A stretch of 63,233 bases of DNA, counting the filler. It is 5 parts of 5 records of this genome, joined end to end, with 100 filler letters (N's around TTAATTAATTAA, not from the genome) between each part and the next. Parts side by side here need not be neighbours in the genome. Positions count along the whole stretch, not along the records: positions 1 to 12,594 come from DRR723986_6509; positions 12,695 to 33,354 come from DRR723986_6510; 3 more parts are not named here. The stretch is one strand, 5' to 3'. Below, in pieces: positions 9,353-17,621 of this stretch. Position numbers and translations under genes: made by a program. The stretch's first letter is position 1, and every line of letters begins with the position of its first letter. Under the pieces are notes generated by a model that ran no database searches, had not been told where the DNA came from, and saw only the letters and a list, made by a program, of their open reading frames with translations.

Positions 9353-10849
9353 ATGAGAATGCTCAGTGGTCGTTTACACGGGCTATTAATGGGACTTGCT
9401 CTCCTGGTAAGTGCTCATGGTCTACACAATCACGTCTACGGACAAATGCCTGGTCAAATGCCAGGTGCGATGCCTGCTGGCGGAATGATGAACATCGACG
9501 CTCCGATGAGCATGGCCTTTCCAGGGCCTGCACCGGGAGGCGTCGTTCCCGCCGGTCACCACTCATCTGCCTCCGCCTGTGATGGCGGTTGTGGTGGATG
9601 CGGTGACCTAAACTGCTGCGGGTCGTGCGGTATCGGCGGCTGTGGTATCGTCGGCAACGGGCCACTTGCTCAGTTGCTTCGCGGTGGCGGAGCTTGCCCC
9701 GGATGCGGCGGAATGGGCTGCGGAGCGTGCGGTGGCTGCGGCGTCGGAAACGGCTGCTTGTTCAGCGGCCGACTGACCGGCCTGCTTGGAGCACTCGCAC
9801 CGTACAGCGAAGGAGGCCGAGCGACACCGCGTTGGTTTGACTTCTACGCTGGTACCATCGGGCTTCGGCGAACTGGCAACCTTGGTGGATTCCAAGGACG
9901 TGAACAGGATGTCATGGGCAACTTCTTGCCAACGACGATTGTTTCACGCGACGGCCAAGGGCTAAACACACCAGTCGCGCTCAGCACATCGGACCTCGAC
10001 CTAGACTCCATGGAATGGGGACTTGAGTTGATTGCTGCTCTGCAGGTCGGCCCCGGTGCAAACCTTGAAGCTCGCTACTTCGGACTAAACGGTTGGGAAG
10101 ACACCCGATCGGCGAACGTAGTTGCTTCCGGCAACCCGACGCTCTTCTCTGTCTTCAGCCTCTATGGAACATCACCACCAGGTGGCTTTGACGATGTCGA
10201 TCGTAGCTTCATCCACACACTGACGTACGAATCAGAGATCCACAGTGGTGAAGTCAACTATCGTCGCCGCTTTGCAACGTACGCAAACTGGCTGCAAGGC
10301 TCTTGGTTGGCAGGCATCCGCTACTTCGACCTCGACGAAATGATGCGTTTCAGTGCGGTTGGATCCAACAACAACACGTTCCAGTTTGATCAGCTTCGAT
10401 TTGCCAACATCGACGTCCACACTCGGAACCAGATGACCGGTTTCCAAATGGGCGGTGACCTTTGGGTCAACCTAGTCCCAGGTGTAAAGTGGGGTGTTGA
10501 AGGCAAGGGCGGTATCTATGGGAACCACCACGAAGTCGCTCACTCGCTAGTTGCCAACTCGATCGCAGGTGCAAGTGAATTCCTACAAGGCGGACAGACT
10601 GCCTACCTAAGCGAATTCAGCACTTCGCTCCTCTATCGCATCAACTACTCGTGGACCGCGAAGTTGTCATACAACCTGCTGTATGTCGACAACGTCGCAC
10701 TTGCGGCTGAGAACTTGAATTCTCGCGGCTTTGCTCCAAACGCCTTCGGAGCAGCGTCGACCTTTGGTCCGGACCGGCAGCCAACAATCAATGTTGACTC
10801 CGAAGTCTTTTACCAAGGTTGGTCGTTCGGTGCAGAGTACACTTGGTAG
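9353..10849 (+). CDS. BBP7-family outer-membrane beta-barrel protein with Cys/Gly-rich N-terminus
   Basis: GGAGA RBS before ATG 9353; signal peptide; 13-Cys segment; barrel motifs WLAGIRYFDLDE, TRNQMTGFQMGG, YNLLYVDNVALA; terminal beta-signal GWSFGAEYTW. Confidence 0.8.
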   Translation: MRMLSGRLHGLLMGLALLVSAHGLHNHVYGQMPGQMPGAMPAGGMMNIDAPMSMAFPGPAPGGVVPAGHHSSASACDGGCGGCGDLNCCGSCGIGGCGIVGNGPLAQLLRGGGACPGCGGMGCGACGGCGVGNGCLFSGRLTGLLGALAPYSEGGRATPRWFDFYAGTIGLRRTGNLGGFQGREQDVMGNFLPTTIVSRDGQGLNTPVALSTSDLDLDSMEWGLELIAALQVGPGANLEARYFGLNGWEDTRSANVVASGNPTLFSVFSLYGTSPPGGFDDVDRSFIHTLTYESEIHSGEVNYRRRFATYANWLQGSWLAGIRYFDLDEMMRFSAVGSNNNTFQFDQLRFANIDVHTRNQMTGFQMGGDLWVNLVPGVKWGVEGKGGIYGNHHEVAHSLVANSIAGASEFLQGGQTAYLSEFSTSLLYRINYSWTAKLSYNLLYVDNVALAAENLNSRGFAPNAFGAASTFGPDRQPTINVDSEVFYQGWSFGAEYTW

Positions 10850-10888
10850 TCAGCACCTCAGGAGGTTAACGCCTCCAACCTGAAAACT

Positions 10889-10928
10889 CGCAAAAGGGTC
10901 CGCGCTAACAACGCTGACCCTTTTTGCG
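10889..10928. terminator. Bidirectional intrinsic terminator between convergent genes
   Basis: CGCAAAAGGGTC...GACCCTTTTTGCG inverted repeat with flanking A/T tracts. Confidence 0.75.
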
Positions 10929-10992
10929 TTGGTAACTCTAGAAGAGTTGGGGAATACAGCAGATCCAAGCGAGGTACAAGTCGCTGCGGCTG

Positions 10993-12081
10993 CTAGTTGC
11001 TGGAGTCAACCTCACAGGTCGGGCAGAACGAGTTGATTTCATTGATCAACAATCGGAAGCGTCCGAGCTGCCGACGGTCGAAGTGCAGAACCAGGCGAGG
11101 CAAATCGGCAAGTTCCGGTTCGTTGCTTTCTTGCTTCAGTGCACTACGCTGTTCGATCTTTCCGGATGCGAGAATGTCAGCAAATTTTGTATTGATCTGA
11201 TCAAGCTGCTGTTCGTTGAGTTCCTGATAGATCCGCAAAACAAGCTTCTCACGCACGTATCGCATACTGTGATAGACACGATAGAAGTTCAGGGTTTCTT
11301 CGACGGCTGCGTCAACGCTGTCGGTGACCAAGAACAGATCTTGGTCTTCGGGACTAATCATTCCGTCACGCAGAAGTGTATTCCGAACGAAGTCCGCGAA
11401 GTGCTTCCAGTAATCGCCGCCCTCTTCGTCCAGCAGCACGATGGGCAGCATTGTTTGTTTGCCGGTTTGCACCAGCGTTAGCACTTCTGCCGTTTCATCG
11501 AGTGTGCCAAAGCCGCCTGGCGCTGAAACGACAGCGCTGCACTCTTTGACGAACATTAGCTTGCGTGTGAAGAAGTACTTCAGTGTGACCAGTTTGGGGT
11601 CGCCCTCAATGATATGATTGGAGCTCTGTTCGAAGGGCAGCATGATGTTCAAGCCCATCGAAAGCTCTTTTCCAGCACCAACATGCCCGGCTTCCATGAT
11701 GCCTTCGCCTGCACCGGTGATCGTCATCCACCCGTGCTCAGCCATCTTGCGGCTAAACGCTTCCGCTTGTTGATAAGAAGCCTTGTCTGGCTTTGTCCTG
11801 GCAGAACCGAAGACCGTAACCTTCCGGCGTCTGCGATAGGGCTGAAAAACCTTGAAGGCCTCACGCAACTCGCTCAACGTGGTGTTCAAAATCTTCAAGT
11901 CGCCGCGGCTGGCTCGATCACTTTCGAGTTTGGCGATCGTATCCCGCATGGAATCGAGCAAATCAGAATGGCTCGTCGACTCGCCCTCCATGCCCGTTGG
12001 CTCATCGGCCGGCTGAGGTCGTTCCTTGACGTCTTCGCCCTGGGCTTCGGGGGGGATACGAAAGTCATCTGATTCATTCAT
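10993..12081 (-). CDS. LOG family (TIGR00730 Rossmann-fold) nucleotide phosphoribohydrolase-like protein
   Basis: VTVFGSART, ITGAGEGIMEAG, FFTRKLMFVK and PGGFGTLDE motifs. Confidence 0.9.
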   Translation of the reverse strand: MNESDDFRIPPEAQGEDVKERPQPADEPTGMEGESTSHSDLLDSMRDTIAKLESDRASRGDLKILNTTLSELREAFKVFQPYRRRRKVTVFGSARTKPDKASYQQAEAFSRKMAEHGWMTITGAGEGIMEAGHVGAGKELSMGLNIMLPFEQSSNHIIEGDPKLVTLKYFFTRKLMFVKECSAVVSAPGGFGTLDETAEVLTLVQTGKQTMLPIVLLDEEGGDYWKHFADFVRNTLLRDGMISPEDQDLFLVTDSVDAAVEETLNFYRVYHSMRYVREKLVLRIYQELNEQQLDQINTKFADILASGKIEQRSALKQESNEPELADLPRLVLHFDRRQLGRFRLLINEINSFCPTCEVDSSN

Positions 12082-12524
12082 TTGATTTCCTTGCCGTTGA
12101 TTTTGCGGATCAGGTCTTGCGGATTCTTACGAGCTCTACTCGGGCGACCGGAACTACTGGTTGATCGACACTAGATCCTCGGAAAGTAGGTGGAGCCACT
12201 AACTCGATCCAGGAGGATGCGCAGTCAGTCGGCTTGCCCTCGCTTGGAGCTAGAACCGATCCCCTCTAGTGTACGCTGATGAGCAAGTCGGTGGCGAGCC
12301 CCTTGCCGGAAGTGGGCCGGGTTTTAAGAAATTGGACTGTGGTCAATACGCTTAACGGAAACAAGCAGTAACCGAGCGATCTTGCTGGAGCGGCTACTGC
12401 GGTACGCCAATCTCGGATAGCGAGTCAAGCAATTCTCGCAGGCCTTATGGTGGCTTGCTCACGAACGCCTACAAGTTACGCGCAGTCTCGCTCAGTGGCA
12501 GCCAGAGCTCATGCGATCACTAGT

Positions 12525-12594
12525 TCGTAGTCCCGGCTTTAGCCGGCTGTCTTGCTATTTACATGCCCTATTCCGCCTAAAGGCGGTACTACGA
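12525..12594. repeat. GTAG-type REP doublet (REPIN-like) at contig end
   Basis: TCGTAGTCCCGGCTTTAGCCGG (12525-12546) and an inverted copy at 12573-12594 (reverse complement TCGTAGTACCGCCTTTAGGCGG); each is GTAG followed by a short palindrome. Confidence 0.75.
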
Positions 12595-12694
12595 NNNNNN
12601 NNNNNNNNNNNNNNNNNNNNNNNNNNNNNNNNNNNNNNTTAATTAATTAANNNNNNNNNNNNNNNNNNNNNNNNNNNNNNNNNNNNNNNNNNNN
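12595..12694. other. Artificial contig linker
   Basis: N44 + TTAATTAATTAA (stops in all six frames) + N44. Confidence 0.98.
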
Positions 12695-12924
12695 CTGTTA
12701 GCCACAGGCTAACAGCTGGTGTGGGAAACTTTTTGAATTGAAATTTCGCCGTTCAACAACTAAGACTTCCCGCTGGCAGCGAATCCGAATCCCTTGAGCC
12801 TAAATGCCTTGATTCTTTGAGAAAACAATTCGGCGATTCTCCAGTCCCGATTCTTCATCGACTGAGCCACTGAGCCAAAAATTCTCAAAACACTGAAGCC
12901 CAAGTGTTTGCAGCTGATGATCGC

Positions 12925-12980
12925 CTCCAACTGAACATCTCCAGCTGAACATCTCCAGCTGATCATCTCCAGCTGAACAT
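12925..12980 (+). repeat. 14-bp tandem repeat x4 (CTCCAGCTGAACAT)
   Basis: Units ctccaactgaacat, ctccagctgaacat, ctccagctgatcat, ctccagctgaacat; no spacers. Confidence 0.9.
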
Positions 12981-13278
12981 CTGAAGGACTCTCATGAAAA
13001 AAGTCTCCAAGACTTAGCGAATTTGGGCTTGTGACTGCGAGACTAACAAAAAGAAAAAGCTAGCCGAATCGGTGTGAACCGGGCGGCGCGGCGCTCTTAA
13101 AGTTAGGTAAACTACACATAAACCTTGCGGCCGTGGCTAATTGCCGTTACGTGTCCTGAATCATTGCGATCTAAAGTTTAAGTAGACGGATTTTCTGGAA
13201 AAGACTCGGCGTTTTCAAGTAAAGTAAACTTGAATGTAAATGTTAAGTGGCAATATCCAGAATAGAAAGTTGAGCCAT

Positions 13279-13914
13279 TTACTGGCGTCGGCGCGGTGGG
13301 GGAATAAGTCCAAGTTCTACGGCACGTGATTCCAGAGAGGCAATCCGCGAACAATCCAGCTTCTTCATAATGTTCTTGCGGTGATTGTTAATTGTGTTAA
13401 CACTTCTGTGTAGCTTGTCGGCTATCTCCTGACTGGTCATGCCGCGCAGCAGTAACTTGAGAATCTCGACTTCGCGTGGAGTTAAAATGCGCTTGCCGTT
13501 CGCTGTGTCACCAGCTGAACTGTTTTCGGGTGGAAAGACGTCGTAACCTTGCATGACGGAACGAATAACGTTGGGCAGGAATGCGCTATTATCCGTTTTT
13601 AACACGTAGGCATTGGCGCCGGCTGTGCGTGCATCACTAATAAACTCATCATTATCGTACATGCTGAATATAATAACTCGCGTATTTACATCATGCTCGC
13701 GTAAAGTACGTGTGGCTTCGATGCCGTTCATACCCGGCATTTCAACATCCATGACAATTACATCGGGTTTAAGTTCGGTGGCACGCAGTAAAGCATCCTT
13801 ACCGTTAACAGCATGGCCGATGACTTCCACGCCGGCATCCGCTTCCAGCGTAGATTGAATTCCCTTCATTACAACATCGTGATCGTCGGCCAGGAGGACA
13901 CGTACAGCACTCAT
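13279..13914 (-). CDS. NarL/LuxR-family response regulator
   Basis: REC ([25 protein letters not shown]) plus LuxR HTH ([25 protein letters not shown]). Confidence 0.95.
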   Translation of the reverse strand: MSAVRVLLADDHDVVMKGIQSTLEADAGVEVIGHAVNGKDALLRATELKPDVIVMDVEMPGMNGIEATRTLREHDVNTRVIIFSMYDNDEFISDARTAGANAYVLKTDNSAFLPNVIRSVMQGYDVFPPENSSAGDTANGKRILTPREVEILKLLLRGMTSQEIADKLHRSVNTINNHRKNIMKKLDCSRIASLESRAVELGLIPPPRRRQ

Positions 13915-13990
13915 GGTATTGATTCCGGCTAAGGTTTAGAGAAGAGCTGCCGGAAAATACAGCAAAAAAATGGAGAATGGCGCTTTATTT

Positions 13991-14677
13991 TTATTTGGTC
14001 TCGTCCTGCGTCCTGACCAAACCGCGTGCCACCGCCTTGGCAACCAAAGCCGTACTGCTGCTGCAATTCAGTTTTTGCATGAGAGCCCGACGATGATTGG
14101 CCACCGTGTGCCGGCTGATTGAAAGGTGTGATGCGATTGATGGCGCGCTGAAACCACGAGCCAAATGTTGTAGAACTTCACGTTCGCGCGACGTCAAATT
14201 GGGTGTGATGGGGTTGCTGAATTTATCCATGCCGTCACCATGTAAACGTGAAGAGCGGATGAGATCCGTTAAGGCGGCATCGTAATAGCGTTTGCCCGCC
14301 GCCAGACTGGTCAGGGCCCGCCGCACTTCATGAATTGAGCACGTTTTGAGCAGGAAAGCCTGCGCATCCGCCTGAATTGCCGCCGACATCATGGCTCGTG
14401 AACGCGTGGCACTCAAGATCATGAGAGCTGCCCCTGGCGTGTGTGCCTTTACTGACACAATTACATCGCTGAATGTCGTGGCAAGCGGCATTTTACACTG
14501 CTCGGGGTCGAGCACAATTACATCCGGTTTAGCTGTAGTAAAACCGCGCGGCAGTTCTTTAACACTTGCGGCTTCACCGATAATCTGGATGCCGGAGTCG
14601 TTTTCCAGCAGCGCACGCAAACCCTGGCGGAATAAACTTTGTTCGTCGATCAGGAAGAGTTTAAGTACTGTTTTCAC
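13991..14677 (-). CDS. Second NarL/LuxR-family response regulator with divergent receiver
   Basis: REC-like (LFLIDEQSLFRQGL, DVIVLDP, FLLK) plus LuxR HTH (LTSREREVL, SRHTVANHRRALMQKL). GTG start overlaps the kinase stop. Confidence 0.9.
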   Translation of the reverse strand: MKTVLKLFLIDEQSLFRQGLRALLENDSGIQIIGEAASVKELPRGFTTAKPDVIVLDPEQCKMPLATTFSDVIVSVKAHTPGAALMILSATRSRAMMSAAIQADAQAFLLKTCSIHEVRRALTSLAAGKRYYDAALTDLIRSSRLHGDGMDKFSNPITPNLTSREREVLQHLARGFSAPSIASHLSISRHTVANHRRALMQKLNCSSSTALVAKAVARGLVRTQDETK

Positions 14678-16668
14678 GTCTGACTTCCAATTGGTATTTC
14701 TATATGGATTTCGGTACCTTCATTGGGCGTACTTTCAATGTACATAGTGCCGCCCAGCATCTCCGAACGCTCCTTCATGTTAACCAATCCAAAACCGCTG
14801 CCGTCACCAAACTCACTCTCGCGGTACGCAAAACCAACACCATTATCTTCAATGACGGTAATCACGGAATTGCCACGGTTATACAGCTGGACGTAAACGT
14901 CTTTGGCATGTGCATGGCGTGCGATATTTGTTAAAGCTTCCTGGATGATGCGGTAGAGGTTTAGCTCAACGCTGCGTTCCAAACGCTCCACAAAGTCGTA
15001 GCTCTCAAAAGATATGTGCATGCCGGTTTGTTCGGCAAACTCGCGGCAGAGGCTCTCGGCATTTTTAATCAATCCATAGCGATCAAGTGTGGCCGGATAG
15101 AGTCCCTTGATAATTGTTTTAATTGAGGCTGTGGCTTCTTCGATGCTGCCCACGGCGCTATGCAGCTGTGGCGAATCGCTCTGTTCCTCAGTCAAAAAAC
15201 CTTTTAAACTTAGGCGTGCTCCGGTCAGGAGCTGGCCGATTCCGTCGTGAAGATTACGCGAAATGGTGCGCCGTTCGCGCTCCTCTGTTTCTACACGCAC
15301 ACGTGTAACCATGCGCTGACGGCGGAATGCCTCGGCCGATTCCTGTGCCGCCCGCTGCGCCGTGACATCTTCGATTATGTTAACAATGCGGAATACAATG
15401 CCACGCTCATTTGTGACGGCATAAAACTGATTGATTAGCCAGCGGCCTTTGGGTGATTGCTCCGGGTCCGCATGCTGCTCGTCTTCTTCGATACGAAACA
15501 CCGCCGGACTGCGCCAGGCTCCGCCTTCCTTAAACAAGGTTTTGAGTGCCGCATTGGTGGCCTCGTCATTAACCAATGGATCTTCCCAGATGACGGGGGA
15601 GTTATCCAGAAGTTCACGCCGGTTTGTGTGCCAAAGTATTGCCAACGCGTCATTAACAAACATGAGTTTGCCACTGGGGTTAAAAATGCGGACACCAAAT
15701 GGAGCCTGTTCCATCAACGCACGCAGTTCTGCAGTGCGTTCTTCCACGCGGACTTCAAGTTCGGTTTTGGCCAGTTGGAGCGCGGCTTCGGCTTGTTTGC
15801 GTTCTGAAATGTCGTGTAAAACACACTGGACGGCGGCTTCGCCGCCAAAACGTATCGGCAGGGCCGCTACTTCCAGCTCTCGAATGGCTCCGTCACCGCG
15901 CGTAAAACCCCATTCGCGCAATTCCACGGCGCGGCCATGGTCAATTACATCAGTGCAAAGTTCCTCTACCTGTTGTTTACCTTCAATTCCCGTCAGTTCA
16001 GCCAGTGAGGCGCCGGAAAGTGCGTCGTTGTTCACCACTCCAAAAACGCGTGCTGCTGCGGCATTGGCATAACGAATGCTGCTGCGGTCAAATACGATTA
16101 TCGGCAGTGGCGAGACTTCCACCAAACCGCGAAATCGCTCTTCGCTCTCGCGCAGCATCAACTCAGCTTCATGTTGTTTGGTGACGTCACGCGCGACGCC
16201 CATTATGCGCACTGATTCGCGTTCGCCTTCCAGCAGCACATTGCGATATTGAAAACGCAAGGCACGCCCGGACTGATGTTTAAGTGAAAGCTCACCCGCA
16301 GCTTCTCCCATATTGAGAATTTCCTGCAGGTACTCTTCGTAGCGTTCCTGATCCAGGTCGCTGACATATTCAACAAAGTTGTGCCCAATCAGATCCTGAG
16401 CGCGGTAGCCCAGCAGGCGCGTGGCTGCATCGTTAATGTTGCGGATTATTCCGTCGTGCGAATGCACAAAAACAAGGTCGGAGACATTGTTAAAAAGGTC
16501 GCTATATTCCTGCTCGCTTTTTTGGCGCAGCGCCATTTCCCGCTGCTGTTCACGCAGTCGTCGTCGTTGATTGAAGACTACCACCAGCACAAGGCCGATG
16601 CTAAGCACTACAAAAGCCAGCGAGGCCAGGCCTACGAAGGCAAATTCTGCTGAGGTTTCCGAAAACAC
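14674..16668 (-). CDS. HisKA_3 (NarX/DesK-type) histidine kinase with one N-terminal TM and three PAS-like domains
   Basis: N-terminal TM; PAS repeats (LFNNVSDLVF, FRGLVEVSPLPI, LMEQAPFGV); H-box ERERRTISRNLHDGIGQLL; N-box QEALTNIARHA; G-boxes DNGVGF and GFGLVNMKER. Confidence 0.93.
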   Translation of the reverse strand: MFSETSAEFAFVGLASLAFVVLSIGLVLVVVFNQRRRLREQQREMALRQKSEQEYSDLFNNVSDLVFVHSHDGIIRNINDAATRLLGYRAQDLIGHNFVEYVSDLDQERYEEYLQEILNMGEAAGELSLKHQSGRALRFQYRNVLLEGERESVRIMGVARDVTKQHEAELMLRESEERFRGLVEVSPLPIIVFDRSSIRYANAAAARVFGVVNNDALSGASLAELTGIEGKQQVEELCTDVIDHGRAVELREWGFTRGDGAIRELEVAALPIRFGGEAAVQCVLHDISERKQAEAALQLAKTELEVRVEERTAELRALMEQAPFGVRIFNPSGKLMFVNDALAILWHTNRRELLDNSPVIWEDPLVNDEATNAALKTLFKEGGAWRSPAVFRIEEDEQHADPEQSPKGRWLINQFYAVTNERGIVFRIVNIIEDVTAQRAAQESAEAFRRQRMVTRVRVETEERERRTISRNLHDGIGQLLTGARLSLKGFLTEEQSDSPQLHSAVGSIEEATASIKTIIKGLYPATLDRYGLIKNAESLCREFAEQTGMHISFESYDFVERLERSVELNLYRIIQEALTNIARHAHAKDVYVQLYNRGNSVITVIEDNGVGFAYRESEFGDGSGFGLVNMKERSEMLGGTMYIESTPNEGTEIHIEIPIGSQT

Positions 16669-17267
16669 AGGAAAGCTCCGGTATAACCCAGGTTCACTAT
16701 CGGGTTAAGGATTTCGTGAACCGGGATGGTAATCGTGATCGCCAACTGCAGGGCGGCAAAGTACAGTAAGTTACCCATGGAGTAAACGAGCACGGAGGCT
16801 ATCAACCACATCTGCGGCATCGTATGTAATGGCGCGTTTGGTAAGTTGCGGTTGAAGTTAATCAGAATGATAATTGCCGTAACGCTCAGCCACAAACACT
16901 CCAGCGAACTGGAGAACCCGTCGAACTCGTCGACGGGTTCAAACCCAAGCTTAAACAACATGATAATTGCATAAAACAGGGGGATGCAGGCGCGCAGTAA
17001 AACGCTCCAGGTTGTGCCCTGATACCAGACGCTGAAAATTAGCATGAAAATGCTGAATTCTACGGCTGTGACAATATGTGTTAACGGCATTGGATTCACG
17101 CCGGCGCTGAACATCAAAGCAAAAATCAGGTTAATGATTAATGCAAAGCCGAAAAGCGGTACCAGCATGCGGAAGCCGAGACTCAGGCGTTCAAACAGCC
17201 ACAGCCCCACACCGAGCGGTAAAATTTCAGTAAGAAATGTCAGATATTGAGTCGGAGCCATTTCCAT
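16632..17267 (-). CDS. Uncharacterised polytopic (~6-7 TM) membrane protein
   Basis: 211 aa, almost entirely hydrophobic, with embedded polar residues (N-P-M-P-L-T-H...E-F; P-Q-M-W...Y-S-M-G-N; H-E-I-L-N...N). 3' end overlaps the kinase start by 37 bp. Confidence 0.85.
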   Translation of the reverse strand: MEMAPTQYLTFLTEILPLGVGLWLFERLSLGFRMLVPLFGFALIINLIFALMFSAGVNPMPLTHIVTAVEFSIFMLIFSVWYQGTTWSVLLRACIPLFYAIIMLFKLGFEPVDEFDGFSSSLECLWLSVTAIIILINFNRNLPNAPLHTMPQMWLIASVLVYSMGNLLYFAALQLAITITIPVHEILNPIVNLGYTGAFLCFRKPQQNLPS

Positions 17268-17303
17268 GTACTTTCACCTGATGAACCGATGTGTGTTGCT
17301 GAA

Positions 17304-17621
17304 CTATTGGAGCGGGCTTGATTTTGGGCAATGTGGCGGGCAGAACAACGGACGGTTTACCATTGGGTTTTCAAACAGGTCTTCACCAACAGCATTTGCA
17401 CCAACTAAAACCATGCTTAACTGCTCATCGGCATTGCGTGCAAAATATACGCGCAATCCGGCACAATCCGGGTCTTCGAGCATTGCAAGAACTAATTCCT
17501 TGTTAAACAAACAGGCATTTGGCTCACCTTCCGACTTGGAGTTGCGGTAGCGGGCTGTCATTTCTGCTGCTTCGGGCAACTCAATGAATTCACCTGCCTG
17601 CGTGACGTCGATTGTACTCAT
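17304..17621 (-). CDS. Small uncharacterised protein with C-terminal CPPxC motif
   Basis: 105 aa; GGAG RBS; motifs IELPEAAEMTARYR, CAGLRVYFA, LSMVLVG, FCPPHCP; first gene of a codirectional five-gene run. Confidence 0.85.
   Translation of the reverse strand: MSTIDVTQAGEFIELPEAAEMTARYRNSKSEGEPNACLFNKELVLAMLEDPDCAGLRVYFARNADEQLSMVLVGANAVGEDLFENPMVNRPLFCPPHCPKSSPLQ

Noticed and set aside
12925-12980. Possible CRISPR array
   Set aside because: 14-bp units directly in tandem with no spacers, and no cas genes in the window.
16632-17621. Literal agrB/agrD homology
   Set aside because: No AgrB or AgrD motifs recognised; the kinase is HisKA_3 and the regulators are NarL-type, not AgrC/LytTR. Only the layout is analogous.
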